NCBI GenBank assembly: GCA_965644295.1
Contig: CBFFRP010000123.1
Location: forward strand, 62,001-126,000
DNA: 64,000 bases
From: Paraphysomonas bandaiensis
Taxonomy: Eukaryota > Protista > Chrysophyceae
Direction of reading: 5' to 3'
The notes below the pieces were generated by a model. The model had not been told where the DNA came from, ran no database searches, and saw nothing but the letters and a program-made list of their open reading frames with translations. Position 1 is the stretch's first letter, and the number at the start of each line of letters is the position of its first letter. Shown one piece after another: positions 1 through 12,907 of this stretch. The translations under genes and the position numbers were made by a program.

Positions 1-2258
1 CCTGTTAGTAATAATTAGCTAAATCATCCGGAGCACAGTAGTGACGAATATGTTACCTTCCAATGATACCGCGCAGATGACGGAGTGACCACCAATACTG
101 GCCACTCTGACTGATATACTGCAGCAGAGGCAATGGCTTGTATGGTGTTGTGTGTTACTACATATTGTTCACAAACATACAAACTATCCGGAGCGTCTAC
201 AGATATACAAACAACTTCCGTAATACGACAAGGAATAATCTCACATATGCGACGGTGGGGCCTGGGTGGATTGTCATAACAGCAAGCTGTGTGCGCCTTC
301 ACAAGATATGGTAGAGAAAACGGACACAGACCAACAGGCAAAACCACCTCTACAATTCGAACATCGTTGTTATTCGACAAAACCGCCGTACCTCCCATAG
401 ATTGCACTAACTCCGTCAAGTCAGCCATCAAGGCGACTTGCTCTATTGGAATAGATGCAATAGCGGTGCGATATTGCGATGAAACTTTACCACAGACATC
501 CATAATTCCTTGTATCACCGCCAAGCGATCCTGCACACCAGCTAAAAGATATGTTCGAGGAATGCAAGCTGTGCTCCCTCCAAGCACAGAGAACAAGAGT
601 TTCTCCAGTTTCTCACTTCGAATAAAAGTAAACTGCGCTTCATGAACCGAGTATGAGTCAAGGGTATCCATACTGAAACGAAAGTGTTTAAGCCGATCCC
701 TCTCGCAACCAATCGCGACAGGAATACCTCGTTGTGTTTGCGCTGTATATTTACACAAGCACATACTGGCAACTAGCACTCCTAAAGTGTAAGGATCCAT
801 TGGAAGTGGGCCAGACTGAGGAAAGTAATTCACCGGCTTCACCATAGGCACCTCCCATCGTGCCTCCCCGGTTTTGCGATCTAAGTAAGCAGCATCGACC
901 GCACACACACTTCCTCCGGAGAGAGAAACTATCCCGCCCTTGAACATTTGTGTGGTAGACAGAACGATCGACTGTGAACACTCGGAGCTTCCCACAGAAT
1001 ACGAACGATTGACGTGCCACAGGTGGTCGTCAGATACCTCCACCTGTGCTCCGTCAGAAAATCGAACAGTGTACGTCTGGCGGAATCCACGGGGAAATAC
1101 TCCCGTTATCCGAGTCGACCGCCCATTCGAACCAATAACACAATCGCCAACCCGTATGTCACGGAAGGTTGTCCATCCTCCTGGAGTGAGTAAATGACTT
1201 TCCACGGGATGAGCCTTACCTGTGAGTATTAGTAGTCGTAAACTGATTGCGAATTGAATATTCTTCACAATTACCTAGACCCATGTCATCAGCAATGAGA
1301 GCTCGCCCGTGATTCTGCATGACAAATCGTACACCATCCCGCTGTGGTGCCCAATACCCGTTACCATGCCTTTGCTTCAGTTATACACTAACCTGGAATG
1401 GTGCCAAAGTATCGTACAGTCTAGAAGGAATTTGATTTATTAGGGTATCTGCACTTTCATCACTGCCTCCATCCTGCATGTATTAAAATGACACCTAACT
1501 AACATACTGTATTTCAAGCACCTGGGAGGCTATTTGTTTTCTTCTGTGATGTAAATATACCGCGGCAATTGCAGTTCGCGGCAAGGGATCCACCGTCACA
1601 TTAAGAGAAGGTTGAGAGAGCGCAACCTAATTGAATATTAAACAACAAATGAAATATGTATTAAATACTTGTACCCGCAACCGATCGTGAGCACTGATAG
1701 GAAATATCCACTTCTTAGACTCTGCGTCGAACCTAACTCCCGGTACAAGCTTCAGGGTTGATATTACCTGCCCATATATTGACACAATTTCAATAAACAA
1801 TTCGCTCTTACCTCTTTACTGACTATTCGATCTGACTTTGCAGTAAATTCTCGAGAATTAATCAGACTTAAGCTGATGACTGCACGGGGAGATATTCGAG
1901 GAACAAAGGGAGATACACCTAGTATGACAGAATCATGAGAAAATATAGATGTGGTATTCAACAGTGCACCGTAATTATTAGCACTGAAAGGTGCACCATA
2001 TCGCGACGTATACGGAGAGACAAATGAAAGACGACTAGAAGCTGAAGGAGGTAAGTAGGTGTGTTGTGGAGCCATGGAAGCCGTACAATGACCTGACATA
2101 ACACCTGTAGCGCCTGTAGAAGTACTCTGTACAGATCTATCACTATTTCGTTGTATTTGAGAAGATATCGGGTGTGGTAGCTGACTTGTTCGAATTGGAG
2201 GGGGTGGGAGTGGGGGTGGGACCTCATCTTCATCCCCAGTTAAGTCTACAAACGTCAT
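1..2258 (-). CDS. SMARCAL1: SMARCAL1/HARP-like SNF2 annealing helicase, multi-exon, runs off the left edge, interrupted by an intein
   Basis: Spliced reading gives a HARP-like segment (LKLVPGVRFDAESKKWIFPISAHDRL), then LAPFQ|RDGVRFVMQNHGRALIADDMGL|GK-[intein]-TIQAIASAAVYQSEWPVLVVTPSSARYHW, i.e. SNF2 motifs I and Ia of the SMARCAL1/ZRANB3 type. Confidence 0.82.
147..1214 (-). mobile_element. Class-3 intein (356 aa) with degenerate LAGLIDADG homing endonuclease
   Basis: Begins AHPVESHLLTPGGW right after GLGK. Block B is VSDDHLW, block F is VVCISVDAPDSLY, block G is VVTHN followed by +1 Thr. LAGLIDADG-like remnants: DPYTLGVLVAS, RLAVIQGIMDVCG, ALMADLTELVQSMGG. Confidence 0.93.
1220..1274 (-). 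other. 55-nt spliceosomal intron splitting the Walker A Gly codon just upstream of the intein
   Basis: Minus strand reads GGT CTA G|gtaatt...ctcacag|GT AAG GCT; splicing restores DDMGLGK. Confidence 0.85.
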
Positions 2259-2887
2259 TCTAGTCCAGTAAAGTGAGCATATACAGTAATAGCACGTTAA
2301 CTATAGAACTATACGTTAATATGACTATATATATAGTAAATTCAATTACAGTCAACTCAAACCCTTCAGATCACTACTGGAAAATGATTCTTTATCAAGT
2401 AGGTTGATGGATTCAATTGAAAACTCTGTAGCAAGTCATTATCATGTACTCTGTTCCTATATGCATATATACTGCTGCTGTACATATACTGTATATATAT
2501 GTGTACTCTGTATGTACAGCAGTAGAGTATGTGTAGAGTTTATGTTTGAATATGTACACATACATTATATTAAGATTTCTATACAGAAAAAAAGGAAATT
2601 TATAGCTCCTTGTGGTTTTATGTTTCCTAAAACTCCAACTTTTACAATACCGAATATTGTGGTATACCATTGGTATACTTTACGTATGCCATCAAACCAT
2701 TTGTAGATAATGCTAATATTTTCAGTTTGTCGGTTGAAGATACATCTCAGTTTTCAGCATCCACACAAATACCATATAAACAAATGAGAAGCAACTCTGC
2801 TCACTCTCTCTCTATATAAGTGGAATTAATACAATTGAACCATTGCAGTAAACTTTTCCCTGAGTATATATTGAGGTTCACTGAACA

Positions 2888-3439
<552 letters not shown>

Positions 3440-3614
3440 ATATTAAGTATACTTTGGACGTCATATTACAGGGGATAATAATCTGCAACGTTCAAATTGT
3501 AGTTGTGAAGTTAGAGATCATACTGTGTAGTCAGCGTATTACATAGTCATCTACTATATAGGGATATTTCATAGTTATTTGCATACAAGCTACCCATCCC
3601 CCCTGACTACGTAA

Positions 3615-4355
3615 CAGGGATAGGGAAAAATATATTGCAATAGTATTGATGGAGTTTATACCCCGGCCCTACAATACTATTGCAAACAATATATTGCCAT
3701 ATATTAGTATGACTAATCAGTAAGTTAATACATCCGTAGTCTTTAGTACTTGTCATTATAAGGTATACGGTTACTTGATAATCAAACCCACTACTCTTAA
3801 CTCTTTAACTAATTAAAAGTTTCCTCATACTCATCCTCTGAGCCATCATCGGTGACATAGTCATCCAATATTAATTAAAATATGCTTGCATCCGGCCACA
3901 ACCGAAGCTTTCAGAAACAACAGCATATTAAGTGTAGTAGGATGCATATGTTTGCGCAACACTGATATAATCAGTTTTGCTGCGCAGAGCGCAGAATGAA
4001 GTTCACATGTATTGGTAGTACATACTACATGACTCGTGCACCTGTACTTAGATATTTCAACTTTCTGTTTTTTAATTTTTGAGCTGATTGAAGAATTTTT
4101 TCCGCATAGCCAACTTCAGCTTCGTCATTCTCTGTATTGTTGCAATAATCACTGTCTGAACGGAGATATATGTAAATGGACTTATATTTTACATACCCTA
4201 CAGTTAAGAAGCTTTTATATATGACTATCATAATATTGATTGCAACATATTGTGAACTACTTTAACCGAAACAATATTGATGAAATATTTGACCAGTCCA
4301 CCAATCAATATATCGTACAATGTATTACAATACAATATATTGTTCCCTATCCCAG
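3615..4355 (-). mobile_element. Non-autonomous (internally deleted) hAT DNA transposon
   Basis: TIRs cagggatagggaaaaatatattg / caatatattgttccctatcccag; 8-bp TSD ctacgtaa (3607-3614) / ctacgcaa (4356-4363); minus-strand remnant TTNTCE..AAKLIISVLRKHMHPTTLNMLLFLKA resembles the hAT C-terminal dimerisation domain. Confidence 0.8.
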
Positions 4356-7300
4356 CTACGCAATTAGCTACATATGATATTCGAGGCAATCCTGGTGACC
4401 ATTAATTATAATGCAATATATATGTTTCGTTGAAAGCTCGACATTTCGTTGATTTTTTCATACACATTTGCACCATAGTTAGCATCCTTTCATTTGTAGT
4501 TTGTATCGTGATTGTATGTTAATACCTTTCTAGTTTCTAGAAAGTACAGAAAAGTAGAACAGCGTGAATGAAAGTAATTTATTAACAGTTATTGGTTAAA
4601 GTGATGTACGTAAAAGTAAATGCATAAGATAATTGCATGGCTGGAACAGTTTAGTTATTACAAATTAATAGTTGACGGTATTTTTTAAACAATTGTAAGA
4701 AGCAAGATGGAGTCAATTATATTTCCAACTATGATTTGCTGTCCCAGATTCATGGTGCTTTGAAAGTTCTCGAGATGATTTAAAGCGTTACTATTAGTAT
4801 GTTCACACTAGTAGAGACATTACTCTCACCATCAACAAAGAATGCTGACTGTATTTCACATTCTGTCATATTCGCCACCATGTAGACTACTCTATGCCCA
4901 TACCACTAATAAAGCGCAGCGCTGTATCGTATTGCACTCACTTTTTTATTGTGACCTTACATGATTGGATGAATGGAAGATCATATTCATAATATGTTTC
5001 CGTTGAGGCGAATGGATTGAAAGCTATTTTCAAATGCTTCGAACATGAGGGTGTGCATGATTGTCGTTTGGTATTTGTCAGACCAAAGGATGGGAAACTA
5101 CACACACACCAAAGAATTGTTACACGCAAAGGAGAACCTACTGTTGCGAATTCAGCTGCGGTAAGAAACTTTAACAGCAGCCAGTGGCTACTAGAATATG
5201 AGACACAACTGTTCATTAACTCGACAACCACTACAATCATAAACTACAACGGGAGACGGGAGAGTGAGATGAAATTATTATTGGTGGATGGGATGAACTT
5301 TAAGTGCAGTACAGCACTCAATCCTGGCACAAATTACAATAATAATTAAAGCAGAATTGTAATTCATACGGTAATACCTCCTCTTCGTCGAGAATTCAAA
5401 ATGTATATTCTCTAGTTCATCCGGTTTACATTAACGGTTACAGGAGAACACAGTATTAATGGAGCCAATTTCTAAATGTATACAATATTTTTTTCATAAA
5501 CCAAGATGCATACTTATTGTACTATTTATTTTCTCTTCTGTATCGTCAAATCCATTACTATCTCATTGCAGAATAAACATTGTTGTCTAATTATAATTGC
5601 AACTGTAATTTGCTGTCCCAACTTCATATTTTTTGTTTACAAACACTAGGTTGACTAGGATGGCTAGGTGTTTATTGTATTCACCTCTCACCTAGTCATC
5701 AATTTAGGAATGCAGCTACGGAATTATTCATGTTTTTGACTAGGCTTTTACACCAATATTAGTGTAACTTGGTAATTCAACCAATTTGACTAGGTTAAAT
5801 AATATTTTCCATCATAGAAGCAGGGGTGATTTTGAAAAGCATTATTTTCTAGCTTCAAGAACCACAGATAGATACCATTTAAGAGACAGTGTTACTACAC
5901 ACATAACATTGGTCCACATGACTATCTTCACCTCCTGGTGATAATTCCAGAACTACATATCGTCCCCTGCATCCTACACTTCAAACACCTTCAATTCAGG
6001 TCTTGGATGGACATGCAGAAGACAGATCATGCATGACACACAAGGAGCCTCGACACGCCACGGTACAAGTATGTAGTCCTTGGAGCATTGCTCTAACACA
6101 CAGACTGACATTTTCTCCAGCTCTCCAACATCCAATTCCGCGGACTCCCTTTGATGCCATTCGGCCACACATCTCCCCTGAAATTGCTGTAGCACAACCT
6201 CCCACAAGTCCACACACCCCCAAACCTCCCTAGGCTCTCTCACCTCTCCCTTATAGGCCCAATTCATGCTATTTCACCGAAAGACAGCTTTACAAATCGC
6301 TGTTACGTAACTTTCATACTTTATCTCTTCTCTCCACAACAGCCCCACACACACTGTGGACCCCCTGTAGCCCCCTTCCCCTTTTCCTGCACGCTGTTGT
6401 GTACATATCTCCCTGCACATGGTGATCACAGTGGAGAGCCCTCATGACACATCAGCGCCAAAGTCACTCTTATACAACCATCTTTCCCTGTTGCTGAATA
6501 TACCGGAGAACTCTCGTATCTCACGGTGTCCAACTATCCACTGTCTTTCATGTTTCTTCTGCTTTTGGCTAACACAGCACATGAACGACTTATACGCTTC
6601 CCCATACAGTAGAACAAAACCGTTTGCATAGAGTAATCTCCGGTTTTGTCACTCTTGGATAGTACTCTATTGTGTGTACTGTTGATCAGGCTTGAGTGCA
6701 CAATGATTGACAGCTCTCATGAGCCTCAAAGCGGGATGTCATGGTATGGATCATGGTGGTATACCCACTGTGCTGGATGCTATGAATATTATGGTTGATT
6801 GGTGAAGGATAAACCAGTCGAGAATCACTTCTACGCTATTGACGTAAGGCGGGCATTATACCAACTGCTGATATCAACAATGATGAACCGGAAGCTGATG
6901 AACACAGCTACGCAGACTGTGATAAACCAAAACCAACATGTCAATGATCTTGGAGTGAATGAGGTGTGTATGTGATAGATGTAAGTATTGAAAAGGTTGA
7001 ACTAACACTGTGGTGGGAGACTGATTTATATACTCTATCATTGATAATGAGGATATTTAATAAAATATCCAGCGTTTTAGTTAACTCCTTCAATAAAAAC
7101 TAGTTTTTGTTTCGAAAAAGTGGAGTTTTGATAAAATATACAGCAGAGTACACAGTACGTAGTGTAATGTATACTCGTATGTGTAATTACATGTACAGAT
7201 ACAATGTACGAAGAATGTGGTATAGCCGTACTCTACTCTCTGTATTCGTCTGTACTACTGTAGCGTTACGTTAGAATCTATTGGCTGTGTATATGAGTAT

Positions 7301-7451
7301 GGTATGCATTGTTCTTGTTCCACATCTATAGCAGTGCAGTCTATAGATGCCCATCTTCATCTTGCATTCATATATCACTTATATATATTGTAAACCACTA
7401 TAAATACTCACTTATCATTCATTTCATTGTTTCTTATATAATCATAGTAAT

Positions 7452-8282
7452 ATGCGCATATTTCCGTTACTTTATATTCAATATTTCCTTCTAACAAACG
7501 CTTACAGTAAAATTGTATATAATTTCAATGTATATTTTGAAGGCTTATCAGAGAAGCCCTTTATATTGAGTGTATGCAATAAACAGCGACCAGAAGATGC
7601 TGTCGATGATTTTTTATCACAATTTATATTTGAAGGATCCAATCGGGATACCATTCAAAAGAGTATACTACACAGTCTATGTGATAATATTAAATCAAAT
7701 TCTAATGTTGTACAATGTAATTTTGCTCCTGTAAGTAAAGTGGTTGGTGTGGTGGATTTTAGCAATATGGGGTATGTATATGGGAAATACATTGTGCGTG
7801 AAGGATACAGTTCAGATTACTGTATCGAATGTGTTTGCTCTTTGATGAACTGTTCGGATGATATGCGTCGTGTTGCGGAAGAGAAAATCAAGATGTTAAA
7901 AAGAAGTGAAGAGGTACAGAATGAGGACGAGATGGAAATCCAGTTCAGCTCGGCTTGCCCCTACAAAGTACTAGGACTCTCTGGCAGCGGAGCGTCGGAT
8001 ATCGAAATCAAGAAACAGTACAGGGAGCTTGCTAAAAAGTTCCACCCTGACAAAAATCCAGACCGAGTAGAATGGGCTACTGCAGTGTTCAAGAATATAA
8101 CTTCTGCCTATGAGGTTTTGTCTGACACTCAAAGAAGAAGAGCCTACGATAATAGCGCCCGAGGTGGGCAAACACAATCGTACTACTCATTTACGTCGAA
8201 GAGTAATGGTCAGATGAACTCATTTCAGTTTAGTTTTGGGGGTGGACGTGGGGCTAGTTTTTCGTTCAGTTTCAATTTCTAG
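7452..8282 (+). CDS. DnaJ (J-domain) protein with N-terminal signal-like sequence and G/F-rich tail
   Basis: PYKVLGL...EIKKQYRELAKKFHPDKNP...FKNITSAYEVLSD...RRAYD with intact HPD motif. Confidence 0.9.
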   Translation: MRIFPLLYIQYFLLTNAYSKIVYNFNVYFEGLSEKPFILSVCNKQRPEDAVDDFLSQFIFEGSNRDTIQKSILHSLCDNIKSNSNVVQCNFAPVSKVVGVVDFSNMGYVYGKYIVREGYSSDYCIECVCSLMNCSDDMRRVAEEKIKMLKRSEEVQNEDEMEIQFSSACPYKVLGLSGSGASDIEIKKQYRELAKKFHPDKNPDRVEWATAVFKNITSAYEVLSDTQRRRAYDNSARGGQTQSYYSFTSKSNGQMNSFQFSFGGGRGASFSFSFNF

Positions 8283-8664
8283 AACTGTGTTACACGTGTG
8301 GTTGGCCAAATGCTGATAGAATTCTTTTGTTGTGGCGATTCTATATGCGTGCTAAACTTCAACCATTGCAAATTCCATCAGAAGGAAATAAAATATTTCT
8401 TTATTATACTTTTAAAATTAAAACACCTTGAATTGTTGGTTTGAGATTGAAAACTCACTAACATGGAATATCACTCATCAACAGTATCTACTGCTCCGCT
8501 ACTAACAGTCGTAATAGACGCCAAAATGCTATTCCAAGTTTATATATTTAGGAATAATACAGACAGTAAAGGATAAAACAAACAAGTGATTTTGATTTTC
8601 ACCCTACAATATGAAGTAATACTAGTGAAACAGTCTATTCCCAGCATGCTTCCAAACGGATGCA

Positions 8665-10654
8665 CTAAGGCCAACAGTTAAAGGTGTTATAGGAAAATAG
8701 ATCAGCATCTCGATAAACATCTGCTGAAGATCGACTACCATCATTCAGATATCGACCAGGCGCCATTAATCCAATATATAGCCTTCGAGTCGATGTTACA
8801 TTCCCTATGTGTCTGTAACATGAGAACATTCTCCTCATTACACCTTCAAACTCTTCAAAAGTATACGGCGAGTCAAACATATTTCTATCGGTAAGATCCT
8901 CTCCAACTGAATCTGTGGTTCTCTGTACTCCAAGGTGATTCTCAGCAAGTATCGCCGGATCGGAAGGGTCAATCCACTCAATGATCAATGCTTTCCTGGC
9001 CTTTACAGCGAGGGTACCAATTGTCTTTGCGAGGTTGCCGTTCGTTTCAGAACAGTTGTATGCCCAATGTATTAATGCCAGGGCAATGACAATATCTGCT
9101 GACTGAGGGCTATCATAGTCCCCAGCTTGAAGGTCACCAAGGCGTCGGTTTTCAACGGTAATCCTATTCGAAAAAGGTGGGCCTAGGTGCTCATACATTT
9201 GTAATGCCGCGGAAGTGTATTCGGTGTCCATGTCTACCAAAACTGCTCGCTCGGCACCATACTCAACCGCACGAGCACAGAAAAAGCCTAAATTACCCCC
9301 GACGTCATATACTGTCAATCCTCGTGTTATACCCTTTAAGGTTGGAGATACAAAAGAGTCCTTCAGAGCGAGGGTCTCGGATCCGGGGCGAATTTCTATA
9401 CCCAAATGAGGGTCATTCTCTACCTCAAACGATTGATAGCCCGAGGCAGTCGCCATTGGTATTATCTCTGGTCGAAGAGTTCCAGTATCATCTGGGCGAC
9501 GGAAGTAGCGCTTTTCTACTTTCGCCTGACCGGCAAATGTATTCGGCTGATTGCACAGGGCTTGCCGCCGCTGTTCTCGCCAAAGTGCCTCCCCTGTTTA
9601 CTAGATGACATCATTCAAAAAAAAACTAGACCATACCTGACAGTGTAGCTCTGGTCATAGGAGCAGACTTACTACTCTTAAGTTCAATAGCCGTGTGTAT
9701 TAGATCTTGCCATCCAGTGAATGGTCGCCTGCCAGTCATGGTCTCTATCACAGGAGACAGCCAGGATGCATCTACTCGAGAAAAAGCGTTTAGTACATCT
9801 CGGAGCATAAAACCCACGCTGTACATGTCGCTTCGAAACCCCGGGGATTTATAATGCAGGTTCATGTAGTCGGGTGGATCGTTATGTGCACGAATATACG
9901 GAGACGTGGCCCATGTGAAGTCAATCAGCACAAGCCAGAACTTTTGACGTGGTCCAATCCGTGATCCCATGCGCTCTTGAACGGAAGTTGGACGGTCCTC
10001 CCGCAACCGATGAACAACCAAATTTTCGGGATGCAAGTCACGGTGAAGAATATTCAGACTTGCGAGAGCACGAAGGGTGTCAAGTACAGCAACAGTTAAG
10101 TCCAACAGTTCATCATCTGTTGAGAGTGTTGATACATGATAGTTAAATGACACACCTTCAACAAACTCAGATAAACATACAGATGAATCTGAAATATCAT
10201 GCTTGTTGTTAAGATAATATGCACGAGGAAATATAGCTGGAACATATGCAGACTCTTTCTGATGCGCAGCTATTATGTCATCTACCTGCTCATCATATCT
10301 ATCCTCCAATTTGAACAAATGAAGACATTCAACAGTAGAAAATTCATATCCCACCTCAGGTGTATCGATATTATTTGTTCTTATTTTAATTTTTTTGTAT
10401 GTATTGTCTTCAGATGAGTCACATACTTTATATACAGGTGTTGATGCAGTAACGGGTCGTCCACCAGCAACATCTCTCCAATTAATAGTAGAAAAACCCT
10501 TCGGACAAAATGATTCAGTAATAGAAGGATTTGTTGTATCAATGTAATGTTGACTATTTGCCCATGCAAGTGTAGACCATGGTAGTGTATTGTTAGATAT
10601 AGAGTGTGTATAGGATATATATGAGAGGGTTAGTGTAATAGATAGAGCCCACAT
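8665..10654 (-). CDS. Secretory-pathway protein-kinase-like + class I SAM methyltransferase fusion (2 exons, intron 9594-9636)
   Basis: Hydrophobic start MWALSITLTLSYISYTHS. Kinase motifs HRDLHPEN, IDFTWA, SDMYSVG. Intron gtatgg...taaacag joins the two track ORFs in frame. MTase motifs VYDVGGNLGFF, ADIVIALALIHW, LIIEWIDPSD. Confidence 0.75.
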
Positions 10655-11288
10655 GGATGGAGGGGTATCTATAGGGTTATCTTGCACACCTGTTGTTGTT
10701 ATGCACGTTCCAGTGATGAGGAATATTAATAACGATCAATTGATAATGTATGATAGGATAGTAATATATGTATGTTAGCTTACTCTATGAATGTATAGGT
10801 ATGCCATATGCCATGGGCTCGCTCTCTGTAGCTATACTCTGTATATAGCAATATATATACACAGATATGGATGACTTTGGTGCTGTATTTCCAAGATTTA
10901 ACACACAGAAATCATGGGTTTTTGTGGTATATATAAGGTTTTGTGTTACACTATCGCTAAATATGTTCAATAAAACCCTAATATTTTCAGAAACTCTAGA
11001 AAAGTTAAAAGTACAGTTGGAGAAAAATTCAGAATTTATTATACACGTGTATATTCATGCACATACTGCTACGTGTACTTACAGCAGTTCCTATACGCCT
11101 CCTACATACATATACATATATGTACAGCAGTACCTCTACGTTTACGGTACATACTGCTGTACATATGCATATATACAGCAGCAGTTCCTGTACACAGCAT
11201 CGCTCTATATATACACACAGACAGTTCCATATTCTTCCATTCCATATATATGCACTCTCCTAACACCATTCCCTTATAAAATCAAATC

Positions 11289-12907
11289 ATGTCAAGTGAA
11301 GAACAATCATCTTTTCTCTCTTACATCTTAACAGGAACAGCTGTAGCGGGTAGTGTGGCAGCTGCTCTGCTTGTTGTCTTGTATGTTAATCAAAACAAGC
11401 TCCTCTATATGCCGAATCCTCCAGGATTCCCTGTGACGTAAGATGATGTTATTGTCCCTTTATACGAATATAGGGACATAGATATACCCATATATGTACT
11501 TATATAGGGATATGCACAGATATATATGTACATACTCATATACACTCCTGTTCATATATATAGATAAATATGCTTATAGTAAACATATTGATAATATTGT
11601 TTGTGTATAGGCCAGATGACAATCCTCCTGGATGGAGATCTCCACTAGATTGGAACGCTGATGGACGAATGAAGCGAGGCCAGGAAAAGAGCGACTTTTT
11701 CTTTGAGGACACTTTCATTGAGACTTTTGATGGGTGTAAAATACATGTGAGTTGGCTGGTGGATGTGACCAGTATTGAGTGTCATTCCTTTTATATAGGT
11801 GTGGCTAATTGCACATAAGCATGGCGCTTCTACTGTCCCAACAGTGGTATGGCTATTGTTACAGTAATATTATGAGTTAATCACAAAATGATCCATGTTA
11901 GATATACTTCCATGGAAATGCAGGGAACATGGGATTCAGGTGTGCAGATCACCTTTTTGTGTCTTACAATGTGAAGTTACTCATGAATGTAGGCTCAAGA
12001 ACGCGATGCTCATGTTTTCAGAGTCCGGGGTCAACGTTCTGATGATGGATTATCGGGGATATGGTACAGCTAATTCGCGTGGATGCAATAACTGTATAAT
12101 TATATTCTTAGGGAAGAGCACTGGTGTGCCTACAGAGAGGGGTCTAAACATTGATGGTGATGCAGTGCTGGAGTATGCTTCCCAACACCCTGTGTAAGAA
12201 CCAACAGTCTGTCATTCTAGATTTTTTTATTTTGTGCTTGTAGCTTAAAAGGAAGTCCAATCGTATGCTTCGGCCGAAGTTTAGGTGGTGCACTTTCAAT
12301 CTCTCTAGCACACCGTTGGCCATCATTAGTTCGTGCTGTGGTGGTTGAGAATACATTTTTATCTATCGCCGCTATGGTAGATAAGCTTATGCCTGCGGTC
12401 TCCTTCATGAAAGACCTTGTACTCGCCATAGACTGGGGTAGTGATAAAAAGATCAGCACATTGGAGCAGCCGGTGCTCTTTATATCAGGTACCGAGCTAT
12501 TGTTTGGCGTGATTTTTCTCTTCTGACAACATGGTTTCCCCGCTGCAGGCGACTCAGATGAATTAGTACCAACTCAACATATGATGAGTTTGCACCGACT
12601 GGCGCTGAAGAGCAGATTGCGAGAATTTTTCTCTGTGCGTGGAGGAACTCACAACGATACATGGGAGCGTGCAGGTGTGGCTTACTACCAGAAACTGAGG
12701 GAATTCCTGGGAAAGAGCTTTCCGGAGTGCTATGGAAATGACGAGAAGTGTGTCGTCCAGGACAGTTCAAGTGAAGATAGACCGTCTCCAGGCTCCGGAT
12801 CGCAAAACACAGATGATGAGTTTTATAAAATTACTGCAGAGGATATGTCACCACAGCCCAAAGTAAGCATACCAACAATGGGTGAAAATTTTAAAGTATC
12901 AAGTTAA
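11289..12907 (+). CDS. ABHD13: Alpha/beta hydrolase, ABHD13/Bem46 family (multi-exon)
   Basis: N-terminal TM then NQNKLLYMP; YFHGNAGNMG; DYRGYGKSTG.PTERGL; FGRSLGGA nucleophile elbow; GGTHNDTW. Confidence 0.9.

Noticed and set aside
24-1268. 414-aa track ORF as a stand-alone Hint/Hedgehog-type protein
   Set aside because: Its first 16 residues are intron sequence, and both flanks are contiguous SNF2 motif I residues, so it is a true intein in a larger gene
4700-6950. Short ORFs, gactagg repeats and a GC-richer tract suggesting a decayed transposon
   Set aside because: No recognisable domain, paired TIRs or TSD could be established by eye
9616-9626. A9/T9 run between the kinase and methyltransferase ORFs as a frameshift site
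   Set aside because: The run lies inside a GT-AG intron that joins the frames without slippage
10867-11331. Tyr/Ile/Cys-rich ORFs here and at 2404-2706, 26624-26890, 29198-29593, 50543-50878 and 53175-53492
   Set aside because: Translations of TA/CA-rich intergenic or microsatellite DNA
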